A stretch of 58,632 nt of DNA from Octopus sinensis (taxonomy: Eukaryota): the NCBI RefSeq assembly GCF_006345805.1, contig NW_021833607.1:1-58632 (forward strand), given 5' to 3'. Numbering within the stretch: the stretch's first letter is position 1; every line of letters starts with the position of its first letter. The notes under the pieces are model-generated. The model saw only the letters and a list, made by a program, of their open reading frames with translations. It made no database searches and had not been told where the DNA came from. The translations under genes and the position numbers were made by a program. Shown piece after piece: positions 1 through 11,639 of the stretch.

Positions 1-18
1 ACAATTGTACAATATAGA

Positions 19-331
19 ATTTCTTCAATTGGAATTTACCTATGATTTTTCGAAGTAGATTCCATTGGGTCATGGCATATAAAGTTTTTTTTCAATTTGA
101 CCCCCAATTAAGCAAAAATTCGAGAAAACTAAATATTTTACGATTTGCCTCTCTAATTTCAACTGCTTCACTTCTTCTATTACCACACTTTCTCCTACTT
201 TCTCTTTGCAAGTGTACCTTCAACCACTACTCAAAAAAAAAATACACAGGAAACAGAAACAAATAAATACATAACGATTTACTCCTCACACGATTTCTTC
301 AATTGGAATTTACTTATGATTTTTCGAAGTA
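19..331. repeat. 39-bp direct repeat pair (19-57 and 293-331)
   Basis: atttcttcaattggaatttac(c/t)tatgatttttcgaagta occurs twice with one mismatch. Confidence 0.85.
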
Positions 332-637
332 CATTCAATTCTATATTTTATAAATTAAAATTGGTTTTTAATTTACTTTCTGTCGCTAAGTTTTGGTAGT
401 ATTAATTTGCGAGCGTACTTCAGTTGTCAATTGTTGAAAGAAAGAAATTGTAAGCTAAGAAGGTGTGTGTGTGCGCGCGCGCGCGTGTGTGTGAGTGTGT
501 GTGTGAGTGTGTGTGTGTGTGTGAGTGTGTGTGTGTGTGTGTAGGATGTGAAGGATAAAAATATGGCAAGTGGACAGATGTACATATATACATACATACA
601 TGTGTGTGTGTATGTGTATTAATGTGTGTGTGTGTTA

Positions 638-1027
638 TCTCTCTCTATATAAAGCTGAAGTTGTCTGTGTGCGCCACGTTTGGTAACCTTCAATTAACAC
701 TATCTCCTCCGAGACCCTGCGGCGCAAGTTGACCAAAATTGAGAGTATGATAGAAGAAGGGTTGCTCTTCATTCCATAGAAGATAAAATTCAAATCGGAC
801 CAATTTAACACCAAAAGTTATTTACATCAAAAAGGTGCTTTTTTTATGAAAATCCCTATTGTTTACGATTTTTTCACTGCTGTGTCGCCACTTTTCGGTG
901 TATTTCAACCAGAAAAATGTTCACTTGAAGAGAATAACAAGCAACATAATGCAAAATTTTTACTTTTCAAAAATTCCAATTCCAGCCGGTCGAAACAAAC
1001 CCGAGCAACGCCGGGCGATACTGCTAG
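638..1027 (+). mobile_element. Non-autonomous Helitron-like element
   Basis: Starts TC (A|TCTCTCTCTATATAAAG). Ends with a GC hairpin cccg-agcaacgc-cggg (1000-1015) followed by CTAG (1024-1027). Inserted between A and T with no TSD, which are the canonical Helitron termini. Confidence 0.75.
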
Positions 1028-1039
1028 TATAAAAATATA

Positions 1040-1560
1040 TTTTTGAAGCCAACAAATTTAGTATTACCATTCGTAATAATGATCTGTACAAATGATCTGG
1101 CACCCATTCTTGAGTTACGTGGTCTATATATGAAGGTACTGAGTTGTGTCCAAACATCTGTGGCATTCAGTTGTGCACTTCATCCATCCGGGGTTTAACA
1201 ACTATCTTCAGGACCTCAGCGCATCCAGTAGTATCAATTCTAAGAATCTATAGAAAGATGTGAGGTAGCACGATTTGGCCTTCATTACCATTCACAGTTG
1301 CAAGTGACTTACTGAGTAACATTCTGGGTACATCAGAAGGATCTGCATATTACCACCTGTAGTGTTTCCTGTTAGACTTTGGTCCGTCTTGCATAAAAGA
1401 GTTAATTTTCGGTTGGTAGATACCAGCACGAGTCAGAAACAGTTTGTTTGCTGAAACTATAAACAAAAACATCGGCTCTTCCAAGTTCATTGTTCTGGAG
1501 GTGACCCTGACTGACTCAAAGTTAGAAAAGACTGATAGCATTAGAAAATGTTTGTGTGAT
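1040..1560 (-). pseudogene. Degenerate IS630-Tc1-mariner transposase fragment (maT/DD37D-like)
   Basis: Minus-strand translation gives RW*YADPSDVPRM...NEGQIVLPHIFL*ILRI...EVLKIVVKPRM...SVPSYIDHVTQEW, collinear with the copies at 6939 and 48150; contains stop codons. Confidence 0.75.
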
Positions 1561-2338
1561 GTAAAACACTTTTCTTCCTCATTTGATCTCTATTGTTCTA
1601 CTTTCTGTTTCTCTTTGTCTCTGTCTGTGGACTAGTGGAATATAGAAATAGGGAATGAGAAATAGACATAAAAAGAGACACAGAGGAAAGAAAGGGAGAG
1701 AATGAGAGAGAGAGAGAGAGAGAGCGAGGAGCGTGCGAGAGGGAGAGAGAAAGAGAGAAGAAAGTAAGAGAGAGAGAGCGAGTGAGAGAGAGATGGTTTA
1801 CATTTTTATCCCTATATTCTATGACAGGTTTTAAAATCTGTCATTGAGGTTCAATGTTTTAAAATTCTAGTAACAGGAGCTAAATTTTCATTTGATCATA
1901 CCTTAATGTCAAACGCTTACGTATGTATTGGCTAAGACGGGATACCTTTATATCATGTTACTCAATCTCCTAGAAATAGCAACCGAAACTATCGCTATCT
2001 TTCATTATAGCTTTTTAAAACATAAAAACATACATTCGATGTTTTGAAGTTTTATAAATAAATGCCAAATCGTCATTTTAATTAAACCCTGCAGTTAAAT
2101 GTATGTCGAAATGTTCGTATAGGTCAGTTTGACAACTGCTATATGTCTGTTAGAAATAACAGTTAAATCGCCATCAAATCATTACCTAGATCCTCCTCAG
2201 ACTTCGGAATGGTGCAAAGCTTACCATAAATGATATGATATTCCGTCTTCTGAATATTACAATTTCGCTGGATGCATTTGTTTCGTTTCCGGAATATCTT
2301 TGGGACCAAATAATATGTTACTTGTACATAATAGGGTG

Positions 2339-2850
2339 CAGTTTGCAGTCGGACTCAGCTTTAATATAATCACCAACGTATCTCAAGAGCAATGAGCTCA
2401 GTTTACTATTAGACTCAGATTCGCCAAGATCATTAATACATTTCAAATGCAGTAGGCTCAGTTTACTCTCAGACTCAGTTTAGCCTTGATAATCAACGCG
2501 TGTCAAGGGTAATGGGCTCGGTTTGCTGTCAGACTCAGCCTAGACTCAGCTTTACTATGATAATCAACGCATCTGAAAAGCAATGGGCTCAGTTTGCCTC
2601 ACCGTGATCAGTGCATCTCAAGAGCAATGGACTCAGCTTTGCTATAATCATCAACACATCTCAAAGGCAATTGGCTCAGTTTTCTGATAGATTTAGCTTT
2701 GCAATGATCACCAATGCATTTCAATTACAATGGCCTTAGTTTACTTTCAGACTCAGCTTTGCCATGATCATCAACGCATCTCAGGAGTAATGGACTCAGT
2801 TTACTGTCAGACTCATCTTTCTCAAGACCAGCAAGGCATCTCATGAGAAA
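2339..2850 (+). repeat. 60-bp minisatellite (~9 degenerate units) derived from Helitron/PIF1 helicase coding sequence
   Basis: Period of 60 (units start at 2339, 2399, 2459, 2519). Unit consensus translates QFTVRLSFAMIINASQEQWA, versus the PIF1-type motif QFPxRLxFAMTINKSQGQ. Confidence 0.8.
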
Positions 2851-2859
2851 ATATTGTTG

Positions 2860-3175
2860 TGACTGAACTTGATGGATAAATTGACCGTGTGAAAAAGCCT
2901 GTCCTTTTCCATGACCACCTTCAACTTGGAAATTCAAGAATTAGAAAATCCCGATGGTCGCTTCACAAGGAAAGAGTTAGAATGTCATTTATTTAGAGGC
3001 TTTGGATTCAACAAGTGAACAAGGAATTTTTGCTGTTACGCCTACGAATGTGAAAACAGACATAAATCCTATTTTATTAGCCAATTTGTTTGTTGTGCGA
3101 AGCAAAATAATGAATTGATTACTGCATGGCGTTACTTTGAAGCAATAGCCGAGAAGCGCCGGCTACCTCTGCTAA
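2860..3175 (+). mobile_element. Helitron 3' remnant
   Basis: Hairpin agccg-agaagcgc-cggct (3147-3164) followed by ctgCTAA (3172-3175), paralleling the 3' end at 1000-1027. FSHGQ helicase motif on the minus strand at 2881-2895. Confidence 0.55.
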
Positions 3176-3192
3176 TATATAATATATATATA

Positions 3193-3232
<40 letters not shown>

Positions 3233-3395
3233 TATATTATATATATATATATATATGTGTGTGTTTGTGTGTATAAATGTGTATATATGCATAAGTGTAT
3301 ATATACTTATATCTCTATATATATATGTAGGTGTATATATATATATATACACACACACACATATATATACACACGTATATATGCATATCTATCTG

Positions 3396-3486
<91 letters not shown>

Positions 3487-3491
3487 GTCTG

Positions 3492-3572
<81 letters not shown>

Positions 3573-3605
3573 TGTAATTTGTTCTATCTATCTATCTATC
3601 TATCT
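3176..3605. repeat. (TA)n / (TATC)n microsatellite block
   Basis: Directly visible; explains the YIYI/LSIY ORFs. Confidence 0.97.
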
Positions 3606-4317
3606 GTATTCATATACATATCCAAAATTACATATGCATATGGACATATTAAACACAGAAATGCACAAATAATGTTTATCTTTGAGAATATTCGAAAATA
3701 TTCTAGAATGTTCATGAGATATTCAACTCATGAACATTTTTCGCTGTCGTGTCGAGAGGCCATTTGATATTGATAGTTAACGGCCTGCCAGTTTCTGCAC
3801 TTCTCACTAAACGAAGAAGAAATCTGTAAAAGAACTTGGCAGATTTAATGGGTAATTTCAACATTAAGCCTGGCTATTGTGAAAGGAGCCAAATCGAATG
3901 TCTTTTACTCGCTTCAAATATTCCAGCTTAATATTTATCAAGACAAAAATAAGGAAAAGAATAGCAAAAATAAATAAATAAAACGAAGCATAATTTATCG
4001 CCTCGTTTTCATTATCGTCTGCCAGCCGTTTTCTCTGGAGTTTATTTTGATGTTTTGTTGGTAGTGATAGATTTCTTGGTGGATGGCGATGGTGTGGCTT
4101 TGGTTTTGATTATCATTTACATCAATATGTCTCGTCTTTTAAGCTGCAATTATTGCAAGCTCCCCATTCCCCTTCTTGGTAGATTATCTTCAATATAAAT
4201 CATATTCACCCTTCCCGTTCGTCCTTCGTCTCCCTCGTTTCATATAATTCTCTACTCATTCACTTTCGTCTTCAATACCTCCACCACCATCATGATGACT
4301 ATCACCACCACTATCCC

Positions 4318-4349
<32 letters not shown>

Positions 4350-4444
4350 AACCATTCTCGTCGTCTTCGTCGTCGTCTTCATTCTCGTCGTTATAGCTGT
4401 CAGTGCCAACTGGCCAAGTGCTCATTCGTATCTGTACAGACTTA

Positions 4445-4570
4445 CAATTACACACACACGCACACACACACACACACACATACACAAACACGCATGCATA
4501 TGCAAGCATATACACAAACATACGAATCGAGTCAGCAATGTCTGTCTGTCTGCTTGCCTGTCTGTCGGTA

Positions 4571-4647
<77 letters not shown>

Positions 4648-4648
4648 C

Positions 4649-4719
<71 letters not shown>

Positions 4720-4740
4720 CTCTATCTATCTATCTATAAT
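4445..4740. repeat. (CA)n, (TC)n, (TATC)n compound microsatellite
   Basis: Directly visible. Confidence 0.97.
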
Positions 4741-5276
4741 CTTCCACTTTGTCTTTCTCTGTCTTTGTCAATATCGGTGCATTTGTTTGTAAGTCGATAT
4801 TGCCAAGAATTCTATCGATCTATTTTCCTATTTAAATGTCTGTTTACCAATCAGTCAATACATCAATCGATCTAGCAAATATTCTGCATATATCTACACA
4901 TACACCTCTACACACGTGCGCACACACATATACACGTGCACACACTCACACACACACACAAAATATGATATAATACTATATACCTATTTTACATTTTCTC
5001 TGAGAAATAAACCTCGTTGAATGAAGCGTAATATCACAATTTTAGCCCCCAAATCACATTAAAATAAATAAATAAAATGAAATCAAATAAATAAATAAAT
5101 AATAAATAAATAAATAAATATACAGAAGTAAAAAAATTAACGTATTTTAGCTGTTGGCAGTTTCTGCAATTCCCTGCTTAGATTTGAACTATTTTACAAC
5201 AAGCCATCTCGTTTCCTTTTTGCGCATATAGAAGAAAGCAACCAGTTAGTCAATTTTAGCTTTAGGATTCTGTAAA

Positions 5277-5385
5277 GGCGCGTGGTCTAGTGGTTATACT
5301 CACAATCGTGAGTATAATCAATAGTTGGTTCGATTTCGGGCCGGGCGGCGTGTTGTGTTCTTGAGCAAAATCACGTTCATTTAAT
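5277..5385 (+). mobile_element. tRNA-derived SINE head (third family); related minus-strand fragment at ~44555-44660
   Basis: A-box-like tggtctagtgg and B-box-like ggttcgatttc, followed by gttgtgttcttgagcaaaa. Confidence 0.6.
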
Positions 5386-5488
5386 GTAGTACTATGTGTG
5401 TGTGTGTGTGTGTGAGCCGGCATGCCAAAGGATAGATCTGACGTTTCCTCTGCGTGTCATAAAAGGCAACTGAAAGAGGTTGAGGTAA

Positions 5489-5893
5489 GATTTGCCCTCC
5501 GACCTCGTAGATTCCTCACCAGCAATGACTACCCAGAGCCATGGGCTGGAGGGTTGTCGCCTGAATGGGGCAAAAGTGCCATCCACCAAGACCAGTAGGA
5601 AATCACCATCAAATGGTGGATGCAGAAACGCGCTGTTACATCGCGTGCCACCATAACTTAGTATAACTACTTTTGAATTCAGGGGTGTTAGGATTTGCAC
5701 TCCGACCTTGTAGAACCCTCATCAGCGACGAATACCTAAACAGACTCATGGTTGGAGGGTTGTCGCTTGAGTGGTGCAAAGGTGTCATCCATCAAGACTA
5801 GTAGGAAATCACCAACAAATGATGGACTCAGAAATGTGCTGTTACCCTGCTCCTGCATAACTTAGTACTGCTACTTTCGAATTCAGGGGTGTT
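5489..5893. repeat. Two diverged ~203-bp tandem direct repeats
   Basis: gatttgc..tccgacc, ggagggttgtcgc, agtaggaaatcacca, cataacttagta and gaattcaggggtgtt each recur with an offset of about 203. Confidence 0.85.
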
Positions 5894-6227
5894 TTCCATC
5901 GTTACTGCGTACCACTTGTGTAACAATTCCTTAAAGCGCAGTAACCTGGAAAAAATCAAATCAAATCAGTAGTCTCGTTATCTCACCATGATACGTAATC
6001 CTAAAGCTACAACATTAAATACTGAACAAAAGATTATAAAAAATAGTTGAATTAAAAAGAAAAGTATAGTTGCATAATCGTTAGAACTTGCAGTGTCAAC
6101 TTTAAAAGCTATAATGAATCAATGGGAAAATACATAAAAACAAAAATGAAATAAATAAAAATCATAATCAAAATCAAAATCCAAGTGAACATAACTCTTC
6201 TCAGTTAACAGGCACAGGCAGTAAAAC

Positions 6228-6410
6228 CATGAAAAATAGGGAGAAAATTGTTAGTGGGCGATTCACTCACAAGCCATTCATTATTCAGAAAAGGACATTA
6301 AATTTATTTAATTAGTTGAAACAGAAAGAAACTGAGAAACTCACTGAAATATTTGTTGCTTCCCGTAAATGGTTTGAAAAATTTAAGAAATGATTAAATC
6401 GCCCATAACA
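6228..6410 (+). pseudogene. pogo/Tigger transposase CENP-B-type HTH fragment
   Basis: Translates EKIVS...IIQKRTLNLFN*LKQ...FVASRKWFEKFKK*, matching the Tigger xASxGWFxxFKxR motif. Confidence 0.7.
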
Positions 6411-6892
6411 TTCCGGCATTTGCTTCCGCGTATGTACTCGTGTAAATGTGTATGCGCATGTGTAGAGGTGTTGTAGGTTTACTGTATTTTGAATACAGTG
6501 GATTGGTAGAATCGTTTGAGCGTCCGGTAAAAGCGATTCGGGATATTTGCTCCGGCTCTCTACGTCCTGAAATTAAATCCCGTCGAAGTCAGCTTTGCCT
6601 TTTATCTCTCCGGAGCCCATAACGCAAATCTGTCAAATTCTGTTGTCGTTGTTATCGACTAACCCTCTCCCTAAATTGTTAAATTACTGGCTTTGTTCCA
6701 GACAGTAATATAAAAAGTAAAATGGAACATTAATTTCGTTAATCAGTTGCCATATTTCATTCCATAACGGTTATCTTTGATGAGCGTAGTGTTACGTAAT
6801 CGGACTATTACCTAACACTCCATTGAATCCCTAGCGCGAAACCGACTGCTAAGATCGGCCGTAATGGATAAATATACTGTACACTTCGATTA

Positions 6893-6938
<46 letters not shown>

Positions 6939-7620
6939 CAGTCAATTGAAATAAACAATCAATTCAAATAATGCTCTATGAACACTGCAAAGGATGTAAG
7001 ACGTGACACGGACAGCTGCGACAGGGACTACGAAATGTGGCCATCAAGAAGGGACATTCATGTGACGTCAGGAGACAGTGTGACGTTATTCCACCCCTTA
7101 TCTTTGAACACGGCCTTAGGCTCAATTCAGACGGCTATGTGAAACTGCTGGCGGTTGTGGTCAATGCCTGGCTGGAGAGGCTGGCTGCTGGATGGCCTTA
7201 TGTGTGACAGCAGGGTTCAATTCCTTGCCTTACCTCCAGAAAAAGTCAGAAATGGTAGCGGGGTAATTTCTACGACTTTACCAGTACCAATTTCTGGTCT
7301 CCTAATTCACCCGATTGTAATCTCATGCATTACTATGTCTGAAACGCGGTTGGGAATAAGACACCAATTGCTCTGTCTACAACACCAAGGCCAAAGAGGT
7401 ATTCGAAGATCTCCCGAGGGACACAGTGAGGAACGCATGTACCAGGTTACCGAGCTGTCTTGAGGCCATTGTGGAAGCTTATGGCGGCTACTATGAGCAA
7501 ACTGTTATCTCGCAGCCATAATCTAGTTGATATGTTTTGATTCTTTTAAATACTTCTAATTTGGAAGGGATATTATGCTTTCTTCCCCTTTTATGCAAAC
7601 TGTCAAATTTCAACACGCTG
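6939..7620 (+). mobile_element. Internally deleted Tc1/mariner (maT-like) element
   Basis: IFEHGLRLNSDGYVKLL...PYV*QQGS...WSPNSPDCN. Ends cag....ttgaa / ttcaa....ctg are flanked by TA. Confidence 0.75.
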
Positions 7621-7668
<48 letters not shown>

Positions 7669-8009
7669 TCTTCTATCTGTCTCTCTCTCTCTTCTTCTTT
7701 CTCTTTTTCTCTCTCTCTCGTTGCTCACACGTGACCATCTTTCTTTTCCTGCTCGGATGTTCTAAGGACTGGACGTCTCCTATCTCTCTCTTCTATCTTT
7801 TCTCTTTTCAAAGTTCACTATTTTCTCTCAACGTTCACTATTTCCCCCTCGTTCTGGTCTAACGACCCTCCATGTTTGTCTTCGTTTGATTTCCTTGTAT
7901 GTCTCCACTGTCCTGTTTTTGTTCCCAACTTTGACCCTCCATAAATCCAAAATTATATTTTGGTATTTATGGGAGCAACTGTCTTCGAAGACTCATATTG
8001 TTGTTGATT

Positions 8010-8170
8010 GCTCGAAATGGAGAGTAGATAGACAGCTGACAACTGATGAAGGGTCGTTCTTTGTATTCTTTGTATTACTTGTCCTGTTTTCCATTTTCTC
8101 TCTCGTTTACGAATTTAACTCATTTGTTTCCGTATTTCTTGTTGTTTACTGTTAGTGACGTCCTGTACAC
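8010..8170 (+). repeat. Unclassified interspersed repeat (second copy ~41080-41212)
   Basis: gatagacagc(t/c)gacaact(g/a)atgaagggtc ... gacgtcctgtac shared by both loci. Confidence 0.7.
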
Positions 8171-8221
8171 ATATATGCACACGCACACACACACATACAC
8201 ACATACACACACACACACATG

Positions 8222-8259
<38 letters not shown>

Positions 8260-8264
8260 ATATA

Positions 8265-8570
8265 GGCGCAGATGTGGCTGTCTGGTAAAAAGCATGCTTC
8301 CCAACCACATGGTTCCGGGTTCAGTCCCACTGCGTGGCACCTTGAGCCTGTGTATTCTACTATGGCCTTGGGCCAACCGAAGCCTCCTGAGTGGATTTGG
8401 TAGATGGAAACTGAAAGAAGCCCGTCGTATATATAGGTATGTGCGTGTCTGTGTTTGTCACCCCCAAATCACTTGACAATCGATGTTGGTGTGTTTACGT
8501 CCCCGTAACTTAGTGGATCGGCAAAAGAAACCAATAGAATAAGTACTAGGCTTACAAAGAATAAATCCTG
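8265..8570 (+). mobile_element. SINE family A (tRNA-derived, CORE-like centre; octopus OR-type by recognition), 3'-truncated
   Basis: Head ggcgcag..gtggctgt.tggtaa, B-box-like gggttcagtccc, conserved ggatttggtaga.ggaaactgaaagaagcc. Confidence 0.85.
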
Positions 8571-9045
8571 AACGGTTTCGTCATTCTGCGTGCACCTCGG
8601 ATAAGCCCGTCTGATAGCACATCAGTGCCTGTAGAGTTCATCTCGAACCGGTAGTGTCCCCCGGTAGCACTGGCAAGCCAAGGACATCTGGAAGTTATCC
8701 TTGATAATTCCCGACCGGAAAGTCCTCCGGCTCGTTTTCGTCGGTACCCAGAGTCTCCTCGAGAACGTCGTCGCACTTTCCCTGTCACTAACCCTCTATA
8801 AGTTTCTAAAGCGGAACATACACCGATCCCATTGTCCGACTGTGTGCGCCTGACGATATTCTAGGTGCCAGGCGCCCAGTCTCGGTCTTTTCTTCAAGGA
8901 GACGGGCTGCGGAAAGACGAGCCTCACAAACGGAGCCCACAAACGATCACTGTTCAGAAATTGTTGAAGGTGGCGTAACTGACCACCTGACCATTGGAAC
9001 GCATCCCTTCCACAAGAATTTAAATAAGAGACGCTCCAACCTGGT
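8571..9045 (-). pseudogene. Tx1/L1-like LINE ORF2 C-terminal fragment (zf-RVT region)
   Basis: Minus strand gives RLERLLFKFLWKG... and NFQMSLACQCYRGTLPVRDELYRH*...YPRCTQNDETV; frameshifted. Confidence 0.72.
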
Positions 9046-9147
9046 CAAGCAGTAACTGGGACAAGGCACGACGGTCAAGTGATAAATGATAACGGAGGCG
9101 TTTTGATCTTAACTGATAGGAAGTGTTATCATGTACATGTTTTGTCT

Positions 9148-9605
9148 TACTATAAAAGATGGGGTACAGCATATATTCTGGTTAATACCGCAGATTTGCT
9201 TGTCAGTTGCTTGACCTAAACTAGTTGAGAATATCTTTTAGCGGCTGACGATATGTGTATCTCTGATCACGAGCAAGTGAACTGGGGGAGGGGGGAGCAT
9301 CATAACCATGTGTCGAAAGGAATTCTTTGGGGTTTGAATTATTCATCTCTAGAAACATGGGTGTTTTGTTCATCCTTAAATAAACCTTGTTTAGGGACCT
9401 TTTGGACAGGAAAAAATTCTAAGTGGGTCCCACTTACAAGGTCATGCGCTTTTAATCTTGATATGAGATCACTATGTCGTGCACATATGGTTGTGATGCA
9501 TGTGCCTAGTGTACCCTTATCAGACGAGTAGTCATAATGGGTATATTGGGCTTCTTATATTTGTACCCTAGTGTCACGTTGATGGCATGCATTGCTCTCT
9601 CACCC
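9148..9605 (+). repeat. Unclassified interspersed repeat family (second copy ~44690-45222)
   Basis: About 450 bp of collinear similarity (tataaaaga.ggg..tacagc ... gtcac.ttgatggcatgc); this copy ends in (AAT)n. Confidence 0.8.
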
Positions 9606-9626
9606 AAGAAGAAAAATAATAATAAT

Positions 9627-10922
9627 AAACACTTTAGCTGTCCCAGTTATAAGTTAAAGCTACAATATCCTTAACTGGATATGAACTGACCAAAATAGAT
9701 AGGAAAACAAGAAAAATAATGACGGATCTAGGATGTATCACCCAAAATCTAACATAGAAAGACTATATATATACAACGTACAGAAGGTGGTAGAGGCCTT
9801 ATACAGCTGGAAAACTACTATAAAATAACCACCATAGGACTGCAAAAATATCTACTTCAGAAGGAAGGAAAACTGATACAAATAGCCGCAAAACACGAGC
9901 AAAACAAAAAACTGTTCTCAGTATTTAAGGAAGCTGACAAATACAAACAAGAAATCATACCACCTAACAAATATGAAGAAGAAGATGAAGAAACAAAAAA
10001 AGCTATAAAACAAGTGAAATCCAAACTAAAACTAGAACAGCAAAGAACCATGATAAAACGATGGCAAGAAAAATCCCTTCATGGTAAATACTGGACTAAA
10101 CTAAATGCAAAAGAAATAGACAAAGAAAAATCCCAACAATGGTTGAGAAGCTCAGGACTCAAAGCAGAGACAGAGGGATTTTTAATTGCAGCACAAGACC
10201 AAAGCCTCCCCACCAGAAATTACCAAAAACATGTAATGAAAAGAAATATAACAAGTAACTGCAGAATATGTGGGGATGGACAAGAAACAATAAATCATAT
10301 CTCTGGCTGCCCAGTCCTGGCTAAGAAGGAATGTATTCACAGACACGACAGAGTTGGGACCTACATACACTGGAAGCTATGCCAACATTATGGAATAACA
10401 ACAGAAAAAAGATGGTATAAGCACACACCAGAAAAGGTCACAGAAAACGAGAAAGCAACCATACTCTAGGATATGCCAATATACACCGATAGAGAAATTA
10501 AGGCCAACAGGCCAGATATAGTTGTCAGAGATCATGAAGAAAAATAATGCTTTCTAATTGATGTATCAATACCAGCAGATGACAACGTATCTCTAAAAGA
10601 AATGGAGAAACTTTCAAAATACAAAGACCTGGAAATAGAGGTAACCAGAATGTGGAATGTAAAAACAGAAACAATTCCTAACATAGTAGGTTCATTAGGC
10701 ATGATAAAAAAATATTCAGACAAATACATAACAAAAACCCCAGGACTTACAAACACATATAACATACAGAAAATTGCACTACTAGGCACTGCACACATCC
10801 TACGCAGAACACTTTCCATACAATAACCATCAGAGCATCACAACAAATCACAGCACATACCCAAGGCACACAGAGCTGCGCTCGGTAGTGAAGTGAAAGC
10901 GCGCTATAAAAATAAAACTACG

Positions 10923-10967
<45 letters not shown>

Positions 10968-10970
10968 TAA
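9627..10970 (+). mobile_element. 5'-truncated REL-endonuclease LINE (R4/Dong-like), disrupted ORF, (AAT)n tail
   Basis: CCHC knuckle CRICGDGQETINHISGC, RHD motif, REL motif RPDIVV...LIDVSIP, and KEMEKLSKYKDL. Stop at 10826, short 3'UTR, tail at 10924-10970. Confidence 0.9.
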
Positions 10971-10984
10971 TTTCTGACATAGTC

Positions 10985-11600
10985 ACAAAGCCTGGAATTT
11001 CAGAAGAGAGGATGCTCGACCTTCATATTTGACTGCTACTTTATTTCGACCCTCATTTTTAAATGATACTTCGTTTTTTACAATCCAGCTGGATTTGAAC
11101 TCAGGACATAAAAAGCCGGAACAAATACCACAAGATATTTTGTGCGACTCTCAAACAATTTTACCAACCCATTGTTTCTAATTTAGGCATATGGCCAGCA
11201 ATTTCAAGGGTAGAGGTTATTGGATTATATCGATCTCGTTACTATGCTCTTTATTTTATCGACTCCGAAAGATGAAGTGGAGTTGACTTCTGCGAGATTT
11301 GAACTCAAGACGTAAAGATTCAAAACAGGTACTACAAGACATCTTTTCGACGCTCTAATGATTTTTTCCAATTTGATGCGCTTCTAAATTCTAACATCGC
11401 CATAAGGCCTCAAGTTAGGAGGAGACTTATATTTGGTTAATCGACTTCAATATTTGACTGATATTTCCTTTCATCGGTCTCAGAAAGATGAAATGTAAAA
11501 GACAACCGAAGTGGGATTTGAACTCAGAAGGCAAAAGGCCTGAACAAATATGGTGAGGAATTTTGCTCGATATTCGTAACGGTTCTATCAACCTACAATG
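10985..11600 (-). mobile_element. Three degenerate head-to-tail SINE family B copies
   Basis: Repeated g(a/g)atttgaactca.ga, tcgac..cgaaagatgaa and ggcac/ataaggcc motifs at ~210-bp spacing. Confidence 0.7.
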
Positions 11601-11639
11601 CTGTATCCAATAGCACACGAATGCTAAACAAAGAGACAC

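Noticed and set aside
2339-5893. Regular short repeats as possible CRISPR arrays
   Set aside because: Units are contiguous diverged tandem repeats without unique spacers; eukaryotic context; no cas genes.
8043-8060. CTGATGA-aggg canonical core (and CTAATGA at ~41113)
   Set aside because: No stem II closure or GAAA downstream; half-motif only.
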